A stretch of 63,759 nt of DNA, filler included, from Lama guanicoe (taxonomy: Eukaryota), in NCBI GenBank assembly GCA_013239625.1. It is 206 parts of 206 records of this genome, joined end to end, with 100 filler letters (N's around TTAATTAATTAA, not from the genome) between each part and the next. Parts side by side here need not be neighbours in the genome. Positions count along the whole stretch, not along the records: positions 38,750 to 38,959 come from PNXV01035945.1; positions 39,060 to 39,269 come from PNXV01035946.1; positions 39,370 to 39,579 come from PNXV01035947.1; positions 39,680 to 39,889 come from PNXV01035948.1; positions 39,990 to 40,199 come from PNXV01035949.1; positions 40,300 to 40,509 come from PNXV01035950.1; positions 40,610 to 40,819 come from PNXV01035951.1; positions 40,920 to 41,129 come from PNXV01035952.1; 198 more parts are not named here. The stretch is one strand, 5' to 3'. Under the pieces are notes generated by a model. That model saw only the letters and a list, made by a program, of their open reading frames with translations, ran no database searches and had not been told where the DNA came from. The position numbers were made by a program, and so were the translations under genes. Below, piece after piece: positions 38,795 to 51,359 of the stretch (position 1 is its first letter; every line of letters starts with the position of its first letter).

Positions 38795-39679
38795 CGTTCG
38801 CGGGGGGATCCACTCGGCCCAGGAGGCCGCGTAGCCCGCTGGGCACAGCGGGATCCACCGTGGTCCCGGGAGCGACTGGGACGCGAGCCCCATGGGACAC
38901 CCGTGGATCCCCTCCGGCCACGCGTGGCCGCGCGGGGCCGTGTGGAGAGCCGTGTGGAGNNNNNNNNNNNNNNNNNNNNNNNNNNNNNNNNNNNNNNNNN
39001 NNNTTAATTAATTAANNNNNNNNNNNNNNNNNNNNNNNNNNNNNNNNNNNNNNNNNNNNTATTTCACCACCAGAATTTGCCCTGAGGTTTGCAACTATAT
39101 TAAATTAACTCCTTTTAACATGTCTTGCCTCATGAGGTGAGAGAATTTGTGTGCGGAGCTATTGAACTTGAGACAATTCCACTTCAATGAGCTGCGTTTC
39201 ATTCTCAGAAAGATTTAGAATTTTTTTAATGAGGTGGCAGCTAAATAATAAATTAAAGTAGTTAAATTANNNNNNNNNNNNNNNNNNNNNNNNNNNNNNN
39301 NNNNNNNNNNNNNTTAATTAATTAANNNNNNNNNNNNNNNNNNNNNNNNNNNNNNNNNNNNNNNNNNNNATGTCACCAAACAATCCAAGAACTAACGTTT
39401 CCCCCAGGGCTCAGGATGCATATAGGAGCGAGTGAGGGGTCCAGTAGTATTGCTCTAACAGGTGCTTCTTGACATGGAGAAGTGAGGAGTGGGGAAGACA
39501 TGTTCTGTGTCTTCTGCTCAGTAGATGGGTTTCTGACTTCTTTTGAATTGAAGTCCAATTTCAAGATGCTTAAGGATATNNNNNNNNNNNNNNNNNNNNN
39601 NNNNNNNNNNNNNNNNNNNNNNNTTAATTAATTAANNNNNNNNNNNNNNNNNNNNNNNNNNNNNNNNNNNNNNNNNNNN

Positions 39680-39879
39680 TTATTTAACTGAAAATATCCA
39701 AAATATTATTTTAGAGGTAATCAATATAGAATTATTAATGGAATATATGACTTTTTTAATGTTAAGACTTTTAAATTGGGTATGTCTTTTATACTTTATG
39801 GCACATTTCAGTTTGGACTAGCCATACTTCAAGCATTCAATAATCACAATTAGCAAGGTTCTATTGTATTATAGTGCAG
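39680..39879 (+). mobile_element. MER33-like hAT-Charlie element fragment
   Basis: tatttaac...atatccaaaatattat...gcacatttcagtttggactagccatacttcaagcattcaataatcaca...agtgcag. Confidence 0.7.
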
Positions 39880-40919
39880 CTCTAGAAAANNNNNNNNNNN
39901 NNNNNNNNNNNNNNNNNNNNNNNNNNNNNNNNNTTAATTAATTAANNNNNNNNNNNNNNNNNNNNNNNNNNNNNNNNNNNNNNNNNNNNCCTTGTCTTTC
40001 TCTAGGTTGCCCTCAGTGCTGATGAGCAAAGAAATGGAAGAGAAGCTAGGGGAAGGCAGAGGCCACATCTGAACTTAGAGCTAGAGCTGCTTTGCCTCGG
40101 GCTGCCTGCCTTCTCTCTCCCCACCCCAGTCTTCCGATGTGTGTGTCCCTAGGCAGCCGGCCAGCCTCAGACCCCTCTCTGCAGCAGGAGGAGGGCTGCN
40201 NNNNNNNNNNNNNNNNNNNNNNNNNNNNNNNNNNNNNNNNNNNTTAATTAATTAANNNNNNNNNNNNNNNNNNNNNNNNNNNNNNNNNNNNNNNNNNNNC
40301 CCAGTATATTCTGGTCTTCAATCCATGTGCCAAGCTCCTGCAAAAGTATTTAACAAATTACTAAAAAAAGATGACTTGTAAGCACATGGAAAGAAGAGTT
40401 GACTGGGAGGCAAAAACAGTTTCGTGGAGAAAAGCCATGTCAAATTCATTACACTTCTCGTTTTTAATAGGGTTATTACATTGTAATAGAAAAATACTTC
40501 CAAGCACTGNNNNNNNNNNNNNNNNNNNNNNNNNNNNNNNNNNNNNNNNNNNNTTAATTAATTAANNNNNNNNNNNNNNNNNNNNNNNNNNNNNNNNNNN
40601 NNNNNNNNNCAGGCTGATATTACTTTAACTTGAAGATTTGGTTCATGGGTCTGGGGAGAGCTTTTGATACCAATCTGAGCTTGAGCTTGAGTTCGTAAAG
40701 TAAGAATTGGCATGGAGAAGAAAGATAGTTGGTGTCCATTGCTTGTTTTAAAAGTATATGTTACAGAATATTCCAATATATTTAAAATTAGATAATTTTT
40801 TAGTAGTGCTGATTTAAATNNNNNNNNNNNNNNNNNNNNNNNNNNNNNNNNNNNNNNNNNNNNTTAATTAATTAANNNNNNNNNNNNNNNNNNNNNNNNN
40901 NNNNNNNNNNNNNNNNNNN

Positions 40920-41129
40920 TAAACACACACACCTGTCTTACAACCCAAAAATTCTATGCGTAGGTATATGCCCAAAAAGATGAGTGCATATGTCCATCAA
41001 AATACATGTTCAAAAATGTGCACAGCGGCTTTAGCAAAAATAGCCCCAAAGCAGAAAAAAAACAAATATCCACCAAGAAGAGAATGAATAAACATACTGT
41101 AGCATAGTCATAAAATGGAATAGCACATA
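40920..41129 (+). mobile_element. Old LINE-1 3' ORF2 fragment
   Basis: taggtatatgcccaaaaagatgagtgcatatgtccatcaaaa...atagccccaaa...gaatgaataaaca...atggaatagcac. Confidence 0.7.
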
Positions 41130-41229
41130 NNNNNNNNNNNNNNNNNNNNNNNNNNNNNNNNNNNNNNNNNNNNTTAATTAATTAANNNNNNNNNNNNNNN
41201 NNNNNNNNNNNNNNNNNNNNNNNNNNNNN

Positions 41230-41439
41230 TATTATCTTTACAATTATTTTGCTTTGTATTGACACGTGGTTCATTTCCAAAGTCAGTTTTTGGTGCATAG
41301 CAAACATATGCAGTTCTGCACACACGTAGGTATATTTTCTCAGATTTCTTTCCATATGTGTTGTTACAAAACGTAGAACACAGTTCCCTGCACTATACAG
41401 TAGCTCTTTGTTTTATATCTGTGTTACATAAGGTCATGT
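41230..41439 (-). mobile_element. LINE-1 3' UTR fragment
   Basis: cagatttctttcca...gttacaaaacgtagaacacagttccctgcactatacagtag, reverse of an artiodactyl-type L1 3' UTR. Confidence 0.6.
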
Positions 41440-44400
41440 NNNNNNNNNNNNNNNNNNNNNNNNNNNNNNNNNNNNNNNNNNNNTTAATTAATTAANNNNN
41501 NNNNNNNNNNNNNNNNNNNNNNNNNNNNNNNNNNNNNNNAAATCTGTTACATATAAGACTCAATATATTATAATATGTTTGAAGTAACAGACCTATTTCA
41601 CAGAGATGAGATAAGCATTAAATAAAGTGTTTTGAAAGTGCTTTATAACTTACAAATTGATGAAACTACAAAAGAAACCCACAGGTCTTTAGATGGTCTC
41701 TAACCTTCAACACAAAGATTCCATAGTGCCAAGTACAATGTTAACTTAGNNNNNNNNNNNNNNNNNNNNNNNNNNNNNNNNNNNNNNNNNNNNTTAATTA
41801 ATTAANNNNNNNNNNNNNNNNNNNNNNNNNNNNNNNNNNNNNNNNNNNNCAGAAAGGAAATTCTGGCCTGGTTACAGCCTTACATGGGTGCTCAAATCCC
41901 CTGAACATTCACTGCAGAAATGCTTCCATTCCTACCCCATTATAGTTAGTAAGAACGGCAGGCATCACAGGCACACAGGGCCTGACTCCTGCTTACCTTG
42001 GCAATCACATAGCCAGTGTTCAAAAGAAGACTTGTTTACTTCTAAGGTACAAAATTCCCNNNNNNNNNNNNNNNNNNNNNNNNNNNNNNNNNNNNNNNNN
42101 NNNTTAATTAATTAANNNNNNNNNNNNNNNNNNNNNNNNNNNNNNNNNNNNNNNNNNNNTGGCAGAGATGTTCCTGTCTGTAGAGAAACTAAAAGCAAGG
42201 GAAATTGACACTGAGTGAAATGTGAGTACCACTCGACAAGCTCTAACTCTGTGAGGAGGTAAGTCACCCCAGGACTCTTTCTCAGTGCTGCCGACAGTCA
42301 CTACAAGTTTCCTACACCAAAATTTCCATGAGGCCCTGTATACGCCAGCAGAGTGTATGACCTTGTGATNNNNNNNNNNNNNNNNNNNNNNNNNNNNNNN
42401 NNNNNNNNNNNNNTTAATTAATTAANNNNNNNNNNNNNNNNNNNNNNNNNNNNNNNNNNNNNNNNNNNNGGATTGTCGTGCATGACCATGTAAATTGTTC
42501 ACTCTGTATAACTGCGTGCTTTGGTTCTCATAAAAGTAATTATGAAAGGGAAGATTTTTGTGCCAAGTAAAAGTGGCGTGAATGTGCATAGTTTATACAA
42601 GCAGTATATGGCAGTGTTGTTCCCAATACATGTTCTCCCTGTATTCTGTCAGTTTAAAAAAATGGACAAAAACCCTCAGNNNNNNNNNNNNNNNNNNNNN
42701 NNNNNNNNNNNNNNNNNNNNNNNTTAATTAATTAANNNNNNNNNNNNNNNNNNNNNNNNNNNNNNNNNNNNNNNNNNNNACTTGGGCATAAGTGGGGTGT
42801 TTCCAGCTTTGCCAGAGTGGATCTGTTGGAAGTCCAAGCCTGGTGTCCGTGGATCAGCACTCGGGAAGTCCAGCCTTAGCCAGAGCACTCTGGAGCCCAG
42901 AGGCTGGGCTGGGAAGTGTGAAGTGAAGTGATCATTGGCACTGGTTTTTCTGCTACTGTAACAATCACACCCAAATGGCAGCCAGATCTNNNNNNNNNNN
43001 NNNNNNNNNNNNNNNNNNNNNNNNNNNNNNNNNTTAATTAATTAANNNNNNNNNNNNNNNNNNNNNNNNNNNNNNNNNNNNNNNNNNNNCTAGTAGGTTA
43101 TCGATGTCTATTTCATTGATCTTTCTTTCAGGGGATTTTTATTGTTCTTTTAATTGGGAATGGTTTCTCTGCTTCTTCTCTTGCTCATATGTCTCTGGTA
43201 CTGTGGCTTATGAAGTATCAGTTATCTATATATATTGGTCCTTAAAGGACTTTATTTATCTATCTAATGCCTATGTAGGAATAAAACTTAAAAAGTAAAN
43301 NNNNNNNNNNNNNNNNNNNNNNNNNNNNNNNNNNNNNNNNNNNTTAATTAATTAANNNNNNNNNNNNNNNNNNNNNNNNNNNNNNNNNNNNNNNNNNNNT
43401 AATGGCATCTTTAATCAGCATCTTTTCATATGCTTATGATCCATCTGGGTATCTTTACTGAAGTGTGTTTTCTGACCTCATTCATTCATTCAGGTGTTTG
43501 CATTATTATTGAGTTCTGAAATCTTTTTATTCTGGATCAGACACAAAGAGAGAACTTTACCAGATATATGATCTGCAAATAGCTTCTGTCTATGGCTTCT
43601 CTTTTCATTNNNNNNNNNNNNNNNNNNNNNNNNNNNNNNNNNNNNNNNNNNNNTTAATTAATTAANNNNNNNNNNNNNNNNNNNNNNNNNNNNNNNNNNN
43701 NNNNNNNNNCCCCCCTCCTTTAATCAGTCAATATTGTCAATTACTTAAACTGATTCTTAAATATTAAACCAACATTGAACTCTTGTGATAAAAGCAAAGT
43801 GGCCAGTTTAGTTTTACCATTTTTCTACATTATGAATTCTGATTGTGCTTTGGTTGGGAAGTTTGCATCTATTTTCACAAGTTAGTTTGGATGGAGATTT
43901 CCTTTTTCAAAGCCCCTGANNNNNNNNNNNNNNNNNNNNNNNNNNNNNNNNNNNNNNNNNNNNTTAATTAATTAANNNNNNNNNNNNNNNNNNNNNNNNN
44001 NNNNNNNNNNNNNNNNNNNTAGCATCTATGAAGCTGTTGCTTCATGGAACATATTTTGAAAAATATGGAACTATTACCCCTCTCCCACGTCCTCTCCGTT
44101 TTCCTCTCCATCTCTTTTTCTCTTATTTATATTTATCTTCTAGGTTGCAGGTTTCTTATCATTGAAAATTACAGTTCCTGTTCTTTTCCTCTTTCTGCCC
44201 CCTTCACCCTGCTATTCCACCTGTTCTCANNNNNNNNNNNNNNNNNNNNNNNNNNNNNNNNNNNNNNNNNNNNTTAATTAATTAANNNNNNNNNNNNNNN
44301 NNNNNNNNNNNNNNNNNNNNNNNNNNNNNGGGACTCTCGGCCAGAGCTCCCTTCTTGGCCAGGTTAGCTCACCTTTGCCGAGAGACCAGAAATGGAGGCC

Positions 44401-44472
44401 ACTTTTTCTCACTCTTTCCCCAGCGGAAGATGGGAACAACAAGGTCTCTGCTCACCATAGTTTGAAGACTTT

Positions 44473-44539
44473 CTATATATATGTGTGTGGGTGTATATAT
44501 GTGTGTGTGTATATATATGTATATATGTATGTGTATGTA
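44473..44539. repeat. (TA)/(TG)/(TATG)n microsatellite
   Basis: tatatatatgtgtgtgggtgtatatatgtgtgtgtgtatatatatgtatatatgtatgtgtatgta. Confidence 0.85.
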
Positions 44540-45879
44540 NNNNNNNNNNNNNNNNNNNNNNNNNNNNNNNNNNNNNNNNNNNNTTAATTAATTAANNNNN
44601 NNNNNNNNNNNNNNNNNNNNNNNNNNNNNNNNNNNNNNNCCAAATATGTGCCAGACACTTTCCACTTCCTCACTGCTTCTTACAGACAGGGGGATGTATG
44701 ATGGATGTCCTATTCACAGCTCTTTACAGAGTAAGAAAAGCTTTAGAAGAATTGAATCTTCTTCGCAAGGTCAGTTACCTAGTGAGTGCCCAAAACAGAT
44801 GCATTCATTCCTTTATGACTCTAAATCTTTCCAAGGGCATTAAATACCCNNNNNNNNNNNNNNNNNNNNNNNNNNNNNNNNNNNNNNNNNNNNTTAATTA
44901 ATTAANNNNNNNNNNNNNNNNNNNNNNNNNNNNNNNNNNNNNNNNNNNNGGGGGAAGTTTGTAGAAGGGGAGCCCCAAAAAAGGAGTTCTGTGCACAGAA
45001 TCCGATGGAACTTAATTAACCAAATGGATTTTGCTGTTACAGGTAGGCTGGTGCAGGACTAGATTTGGTTCCTCTCTATGAAAAGAACAAGTTTACTTAG
45101 AATGCTTCTAATAACAGATTGTGTGAAACTTTTTGACATTTTTGGCAAACTTCCTATCCNNNNNNNNNNNNNNNNNNNNNNNNNNNNNNNNNNNNNNNNN
45201 NNNTTAATTAATTAANNNNNNNNNNNNNNNNNNNNNNNNNNNNNNNNNNNNNNNNNNNNGGAAGTTAGAGAAGAAGCTATAACATACACCTCGTCAGAAT
45301 TCCAGAAGGAGAAAATAAAGAAAATAGGAAAGACATTATATCAGGATGGAATGACTAAGAATTATCCAGAATTGTTTAATGCACCAATGCTCATATCTAG
45401 AAAATCTAGTAAATTCCAAATGAAATACAAGGAAAAACACATTGTTTCACATAATTTCCCCTTATGATGNNNNNNNNNNNNNNNNNNNNNNNNNNNNNNN
45501 NNNNNNNNNNNNNTTAATTAATTAANNNNNNNNNNNNNNNNNNNNNNNNNNNNNNNNNNNNNNNNNNNNTCCTCTTGGGTTTGAGGCACCAGACTCCTCA
45601 CCAATTCCGAAATGTGAATGATACGGGTCTTGCTTCTATTTGATCTCTTATTTTCTTCCCTTCGCCTAGGATGTCCCCATCTCCTGCTGAAGACTCTGCC
45701 ATAAATCCAGGCCAAAATTCAATATTCTCATTTCCACAAAGTCTTCTTCTCAGGTCCACCTAAAAGTTAGAATCAAACTNNNNNNNNNNNNNNNNNNNNN
45801 NNNNNNNNNNNNNNNNNNNNNNNTTAATTAATTAANNNNNNNNNNNNNNNNNNNNNNNNNNNNNNNNNNNNNNNNNNNN

Positions 45880-46089
45880 AAAAAAAAGTTGAAACCCAAA
45901 AATAAAGAGAAAGTCCTGAAAGCAGAAAGAGAAAAGTAACTCATCACATTCAACGAAGCTCAATTAGATTAAAAGCTGACTTATCATCAGAAACAATGGA
46001 AGGCAGAAGGCAGTGGGATGACATATTCAAAGTGCTAAACATAAAAAACTATCTTTCAAAACACATTTGACCCTTGAACAACACAGGGC
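45880..46089 (+). mobile_element. LINE-1 ORF1 fragment abutting a Tigger2-type terminal inverted repeat (46064-46089)
   Basis: aagctgacttatcatcagaaacaatggaaggcagaaggcagtgggatgacatattcaaagtgct (ADLSSETME.RRQWDDIFKVL), then catttgacccttgaacaacacaggg. Confidence 0.75.
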
Positions 46090-47119
46090 NNNNNNNNNNN
46101 NNNNNNNNNNNNNNNNNNNNNNNNNNNNNNNNNTTAATTAATTAANNNNNNNNNNNNNNNNNNNNNNNNNNNNNNNNNNNNNNNNNNNNTTTTTTTTGCA
46201 GCTGTCCACATAGTTCAGGTCATAATGTTCCTGTAAATCTCCAACAACACAGGTGTTACTCTCTGTCCTGCAACTTTTTATCTCTGTGTGAATGGGAACG
46301 TGTTGTACCCTTAAAGGTCAGAGTCTTGAGAATGGCTCTCCTGTCTATTTCAGGCTCTAGGCAAGTTTTTACAGACAGTGCAGAACCAGCAGGTCTAAGN
46401 NNNNNNNNNNNNNNNNNNNNNNNNNNNNNNNNNNNNNNNNNNNTTAATTAATTAANNNNNNNNNNNNNNNNNNNNNNNNNNNNNNNNNNNNNNNNNNNNC
46501 CCAGCTTTCCACACTTGAACTTTGAGTAGACCCCAAAGTATAAAATACACAAACACTTTAGTTGGGTAGACTCTTGGGTGCTAAGGTGTCTCCTGCCAAA
46601 GGAAGGGTGGAACAGGCACCAAGCTCTGGTTGATTCCTCACCGCACAGGCTACCAGGAGGATCAAACTCTGAGAACCCCAACAAGTGGAGCAAGGGAGGC
46701 AGGAGGGCGNNNNNNNNNNNNNNNNNNNNNNNNNNNNNNNNNNNNNNNNNNNNTTAATTAATTAANNNNNNNNNNNNNNNNNNNNNNNNNNNNNNNNNNN
46801 NNNNNNNNNAAGTTGCATTTGTATTTAGAAAGTAGTTCTTTACTTAGAAAGTAACAAACGGCACCTTGTAAGGGGAGAGAGGCTGGCCCAGTGTTATATA
46901 AACATTAAGTGAAGAGATCGATAATGATTGTAATAATGCAGCATTCAAATTGGGGATTTTAGTGGCTGACCCCCCCGGGACCCTTTGCAAAGACACTGGT
47001 TGTAACTCAGTAAACCAGANNNNNNNNNNNNNNNNNNNNNNNNNNNNNNNNNNNNNNNNNNNNTTAATTAATTAANNNNNNNNNNNNNNNNNNNNNNNNN
47101 NNNNNNNNNNNNNNNNNNN

Positions 47120-47329
47120 CAAAAAGTCACCACAAATGCTCAGAAAGCAAACAACCTGATAAAAAAAACAGGCCAAAGACCTCAGGAGTATCTCAACAAA
47201 GAAGATACACAGATGGCAAATAAGTATATGAAAGGTTCTTCCACGTCATACGTCCTTAAGTAAATGCAAATCAAAACAATGAGATATCACTACACACCTA
47301 TCAGAATGGCCAAAATCCAGAACACAGAC
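47120..47329 (+). mobile_element. LINE-1 ORF2 fragment
   Basis: aaagaagatacacagatggcaaataag...aaatgcaaatcaaaacaatgagatatcactacacacctatcagaatggc. Confidence 0.88.
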
Positions 47330-50300
47330 NNNNNNNNNNNNNNNNNNNNNNNNNNNNNNNNNNNNNNNNNNNNTTAATTAATTAANNNNNNNNNNNNNNN
47401 NNNNNNNNNNNNNNNNNNNNNNNNNNNNNGACCACGGCCCCGCACCTCGGACTCAGGGCCAGGTGGCATGGGGTGGGGGGGGTCGCCAAATCAGGCCGCT
47501 TTGCAAATTGGAGGGCACACAGGTCTGAGAAAGCTAGAGGGGGACCTGGCTCTTTACTATTTATTCACCAAGAAGTGGCTGAGGGCCGACAGTCCCAGCA
47601 TCTTGGACTCCTGATATGGAAAAGAGGACAGGGAGTGAGNNNNNNNNNNNNNNNNNNNNNNNNNNNNNNNNNNNNNNNNNNNNTTAATTAATTAANNNNN
47701 NNNNNNNNNNNNNNNNNNNNNNNNNNNNNNNNNNNNNNNTGCTGCCATTTGTTTCACTTATACATATGCTAAAGTTACTGTATACATTGTTACTATAATT
47801 ATTTAAATAAACACTTAATGCTCTCCATCAAGAATAAGAAAAATAAAATATTTTACTTTCATTTATCCCCTCTCTGACACTTTTCCTCTCTTTGTGTAAA
47901 TCTAAGTTTTGGATACATACAATTTTCCTTCTCCCTGAAGAGCTTTTTTNNNNNNNNNNNNNNNNNNNNNNNNNNNNNNNNNNNNNNNNNNNNTTAATTA
48001 ATTAANNNNNNNNNNNNNNNNNNNNNNNNNNNNNNNNNNNNNNNNNNNNAAGCTGTGTGATCTGTTTAAGGATGAATACTGACCACTGCTAGCTGGACGT
48101 CTTCTTTCTGTAAGACTCTGGTAGGAGTTTACTGATCCTAGAGTCCTTACACCGAACTTACTTGATTATTCTGTTTCCGAATGTGCTTATCCCCCGAACT
48201 TCACCTCTTTGCACTTCCCATCCAGATGTAGCTACTTCTTTAGGATTACTCTTGAAGGANNNNNNNNNNNNNNNNNNNNNNNNNNNNNNNNNNNNNNNNN
48301 NNNTTAATTAATTAANNNNNNNNNNNNNNNNNNNNNNNNNNNNNNNNNNNNNNNNNNNNCACCAAGACCACTTTGAGTAGATGGAGGATGAGTCAGAGGC
48401 AGAGGGATGGGACAGGTAGAGGGTTGCAGAGATGAGGAGGAGGAGAAAGATTTGAACAATATGGAGGAGGTGGAAATGTCATGACCTGTTGACAGGGACG
48501 AAGTGCTGTGTGCACAGCGGGGTGGGCCGGTAACACGGGTTGGTAAGAGAATTTACCAGAGGTTAAGTANNNNNNNNNNNNNNNNNNNNNNNNNNNNNNN
48601 NNNNNNNNNNNNNTTAATTAATTAANNNNNNNNNNNNNNNNNNNNNNNNNNNNNNNNNNNNNNNNNNNNCTTGTCTTATTAATAAATTGAGAATGGGATC
48701 TGGATCTCCTGACTGTAAAGGTAGATTGATCCCTTTTCTTTATAATTTATTTTTTCAGGTTTTGCTTCATATATTTTGTAAATATGATATTAGGTAAGTA
48801 AATAAAAATTTATAATTGGGCCCCCCCCTGATGAATTGACTCCTTTATCCTTGTGGAATAACTCCATTGTCCCTAATATNNNNNNNNNNNNNNNNNNNNN
48901 NNNNNNNNNNNNNNNNNNNNNNNTTAATTAATTAANNNNNNNNNNNNNNNNNNNNNNNNNNNNNNNNNNNNNNNNNNNNAAGCTTTCACACTTGTTGACC
49001 CCATTTCCATATTAAGTCCATCCTGTTTTATTTTTCTGGGACCTGGAGGGTCAGGTACCCAAGGATAGCTAGGAATTAACTGTAAACACACACACATGCA
49101 CGCACACGACAGGGCAAGGATAACTTCTCGCTGGCTCAGGCCCATCCAATAATAACATCCAGGTCTGCACGAGCCTCCATCCATCCTCTNNNNNNNNNNN
49201 NNNNNNNNNNNNNNNNNNNNNNNNNNNNNNNNNTTAATTAATTAANNNNNNNNNNNNNNNNNNNNNNNNNNNNNNNNNNNNNNNNNNNNTCCTCTTGGGT
49301 TTGAGGCACCAGACTCCTCACCAATTCCGAAATGTGAACGATACGGGTCTTGCTTCTATTTGATCTCTTATTTTCTTCCCTTCACCTAGGATGTCCCCAT
49401 CTCCTGCTGAAGACTTAGCCATAAATCCAGGCCAAAATTCAATATTCTCGTTTCCACAAAGTCTTCTTCTCAGGTCCACCTAAAAGTTAGAATCAAACTN
49501 NNNNNNNNNNNNNNNNNNNNNNNNNNNNNNNNNNNNNNNNNNNTTAATTAATTAANNNNNNNNNNNNNNNNNNNNNNNNNNNNNNNNNNNNNNNNNNNNT
49601 AAAAAAAAGAAAACCCTTACCTTCTTAGAAGATAACTTTTTCAGCAGAGGGATGATTAGATCACTGGGTACCAAGCAGTGTGAACTACAGTTTCAGATGT
49701 TTAGAGTTGTTGCCTCGAAAGACATCTGTCCATTACGAACTACTCTGGGACTGATGGGAGGCTGGGCTAAGGAACAGCATCTCCTGCAAGAAAAAGGAAG
49801 GCGCTAGACNNNNNNNNNNNNNNNNNNNNNNNNNNNNNNNNNNNNNNNNNNNNTTAATTAATTAANNNNNNNNNNNNNNNNNNNNNNNNNNNNNNNNNNN
49901 NNNNNNNNNTTATCTTTCTGCTTTCTGAGTTACCTTTAGGCTTCCGAGATGGGAGCTACAGTGCTTAGCTATTGCTAACTATCTGAGCAAGCCCAAAACT
50001 CAGTGCCTTGAAACAACCTACTCTTGCACACGAGTCAGCCGATCGAGGCTAGATCGAAGCTGTGAGCTTTACTGTTGACTGCACCCAGGCGGAAGGGGTG
50101 GCAGCTACCCAAGGAAAAGNNNNNNNNNNNNNNNNNNNNNNNNNNNNNNNNNNNNNNNNNNNNTTAATTAATTAANNNNNNNNNNNNNNNNNNNNNNNNN
50201 NNNNNNNNNNNNNNNNNNNTCCTTTCCCCTTTGCCTCTTCCTGCTGGCAGGGATGTGAACCTAGGGGTGCGCCTTCTTGGACCATATGAATGATGCCAAG

Positions 50301-50532
50301 CCCCCAGGAACCGCAGAACATCGTGAGAGGACAGGGTCTGAGCTCTTGTGATTTTTTGGACCAGAGCCATGAAGTCACTCAGACTCGTATGAGGGATAAA
50401 TACTCCACCCTGTGTCTCTGTCGCACTCANNNNNNNNNNNNNNNNNNNNNNNNNNNNNNNNNNNNNNNNNNNNTTAATTAATTAANNNNNNNNNNNNNNN
50501 NNNNNNNNNNNNNNNNNNNNNNNNNNNNNAAT

Positions 50533-50720
50533 TAGTGGTCCTCCAAGGAGGTTCCCAGGATCAGAAGGATCTCCATCATTTGGACACTTGTTGGAAATGC
50601 AAACCTTGTACCCCATCCAGCCCTACAAAATGGGAAACTCTGGCAGTGAGCCCAGCAGACTCCATTGTCAGCAGTCCCGTGGAGGGTGTTGCTGCCTCTC
50701 CCATGCTGGAGAACCCGAGA
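50533..50720 (+). mobile_element. MER5A-like hAT-Charlie element, near full length, diverged
   Basis: agtggtcctccaa...cttgttggaaatgcaaa...gaaactctggcagtgagcccagca...gagaacc is colinear with MER5A. Confidence 0.65.
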
Positions 50721-51149
50721 CTTAAATCACCCCTCATCTNNNNNNNNNNNNNNNNNNNNNNNNNNNNNNNNNNNNNNNNNNNNTTAATTAATTAANNNNN
50801 NNNNNNNNNNNNNNNNNNNNNNNNNNNNNNNNNNNNNNNCCACCCCAGAGCCCAGCCACACAGTACACTCTAGAAATGGAAAGTCTGAGCACACTTTCCT
50901 TAAAACCTCTCACTGCCCCCACAGAACAAAGCCCAAACTCCACCAGGCTCCCTAACCCGAGGCTGGGGGTGACCCACAGCAGGGCAGCCACCTCGGCCTC
51001 CCCTCTTCCCACCGTCTCTATGTCCCACTTGCTACCTTGCTTCCCTTCCNNNNNNNNNNNNNNNNNNNNNNNNNNNNNNNNNNNNNNNNNNNNTTAATTA
51101 ATTAANNNNNNNNNNNNNNNNNNNNNNNNNNNNNNNNNNNNNNNNNNNN

Positions 51150-51359
51150 GTACACAATGGAATATTGTCCAGTCACAAAAAAGAAAGAAACCTTGCCATT
51201 TGTGGTTCTTCCACAATATGGATGGAACTTGACGGCATTGTGCTAAGTGAAGTAAGCCAGACAGAGCCAAATCTCACTTACATGTGGAAACTAAAAACAA
51301 AACAAAACAGAACAGAACAAAACAAAACAAAACTCACAGATACAGAGAACAGATTGGTA
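51150..51359 (+). mobile_element. LINE-1 3' end fragment with (AAAAC)n
   Basis: tacacaatggaatatt...ttgccatttg...atggatggaacttga...gctaagtgaagtaagccagacaga...cagatacagagaacagattggt. Confidence 0.85.

Larger units (their letters stand above)
45570..49499 (+). repeat. Near-identical contig pair 45570-45779 / 49290-49499 (assembly bubble arms)
   Basis: 5 substitutions at offsets 50, 95, 127, 128, 161. Confidence 0.95.
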
